Shown one piece after another: positions 62,574 through 64,000 of a stretch of DNA of 64,000 bases. Position 1 is the first letter of the stretch. Every line of letters starts with the position of its first letter. This DNA comes from Microthyrium microscopicum (taxonomy: Eukaryota), in NCBI GenBank assembly GCA_010405405.1, contig MU004230.1, forward strand, positions 2,514,627 through 2,578,626, in the 5' to 3' direction. The notes under the pieces were generated by a model. That model saw nothing but the letters and a program-made list of their open reading frames with translations, did no database searches and was not told the origin of the DNA. Position numbers and translations under genes: made by a program.

Positions 62574-64000
62574 TTCAACAGGATCGTGGACTGCCAGAAG
62601 CAGATAAACTTGCAGATATCCGCTATTTGGGAAATTGAGGTTCAACACAACCTTGTGCTCAAGTCGCAATGCTTGGATTGTCAGATCAATGTATGATGTA
62701 AAGATAAGTCCGTCTTGGCAAGGCTGAGGGGTTAGCGCGGATTTAGTGTTAATTCAGAAAACCAATTGGACATTGAAGTTACTTCCTCGCCGATTGACGG
62801 ACTCGCCCCGAAAATGACTGGTACACAGCTCAAAGATAGAAGTATCGCATTTTCGCATTTACGAAGATGTCAAGCCTCTTGGGCGCAATGGCAAGGCAGT
62901 CAATTTCTGCTGCATTTTGGCTAAATCCGCAAATTGTGGGGAGGGTTTCAAGCCCCATTTCACGATAGTGACCAATCATAACACGGATCTTCTGCCACAG
63001 CCTCGTTCTCAGCCTGATATCTGCTTCCCACTTTGCCTTTCCGAATAGCATTAGACGAAGATCCAAGTCTACTCACGAGGTTCTAATGAAACCTGGGACT
63101 AAGTTACATGTCGCAAAAAATGTGTTTCCTCAAAACTTCGTTTCATTAATCTCCATTCGTAATGTAGGAAGCAATAGAAGTAAATCACTGCACGAATGAG
63201 CTGCTCAAACTTATTCAAGGAGGCAACTAGCATCTCATTTCATCACTCAACTTAAACGAGTGATAATCGTCGACATCATTGCAGTCTGTACCAAAGCCAA
63301 CCTTGGTAAGCTACCGAAATGCACTGATTTCAAGGTTGAAGGAATGTCCGTTCGGTCCCAAATTTGCACACTCCTCAAAACGTATATAAGCCGCCATTCC
63401 CCCCAGCACTGCAGAAATCTCCGCAAAGCACACCGGTTGACTACTTATTCGGTCCTCAATCCGAGCACTCGCCAAACAGTATATAAACCGCCATGACCCC
63501 AGCGCTGCAAGAACGTTCGCGGTTTTACGCACCACTCCCAGGCGTCTCTAATCCACGTTGGATCCCAGCTGCAGACCACAGCATACGAGCTCCTCTCATG
63601 CATGCACCGGAATATTTCAGTTTTCATCTGTTGATGTAGCAGAACTTCGTGGAGGCTAAAAGGTACCTCTAAGGTCACAACATATCAGTATTCGCAATGG
63701 TCAGCACGGAACAACTGGGAAATGGTGATAGTAGTAACCCGGGACCGACCATCTGCAAATTAGAGAAAATAAGAGTCTAGATCAATCTATATAATACATT
63801 GATACTATCATTAGAAAATTCATAATTATTTTACATGTAAAAAGGGTATAATGCTACAAAACCACATTTATCCTGCATAAATGCGTCACGATTCGGCCTT
63901 AACTGGCAGCGTGAATTCCGAAACAAACGACTCAAACGGCTTCCCACGTACTTTACGTCTCCGCTGGCCATTTTGATCCTTGACATCATGGAATAATTTT

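Noticed and set aside
63770..63880. AT-rich patch as a RIP-mutated transposon edge
   Set aside because: Too short, with no terminal repeat or transposase remnant visible.

Overview
Gene-dense, intron-containing nuclear DNA from a filamentous ascomycete (Pezizomycotina, inferred from ~50-60 nt GT-AG introns with CTRAC branch sites and the gene content). About 30 protein-coding genes were reconstructed by hand. They include housekeeping genes (RSM7, eIF4A, PTC7, CKS1, USB1, PAL1, SNX4, ADK2, MDM38/LETM1, NOP14, CDC4, MDE1, PIC2), the meiotic axis gene HOP1, a PWWP chromatin reader, two further F-box proteins, a cutinase, a cupin and several orphans. Two genes absent from the ORF track were found by splicing: a 92-aa protein and a DUF3602/Par32-like gene. 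No tRNA, rRNA, intact transposon or CRISPR array was recognised. The strongest leads are: (1) a possible dual-coding locus at 5.4-6.5 kb producing both an Arg-rich, acid-free 88-aa protein and a Glu-rich 356-aa protein from two adjacent ATGs; (2) an internal mitochondrial-processing-like site in RSM7, suggesting a two-product precursor; (3) a competing 'poison' splice donor in the U6-maturation gene USB1; (4) a duplicate of the FAHD1 C-terminus carrying only synonymous differences. All homology calls come from remembered family motifs; no database search was run.
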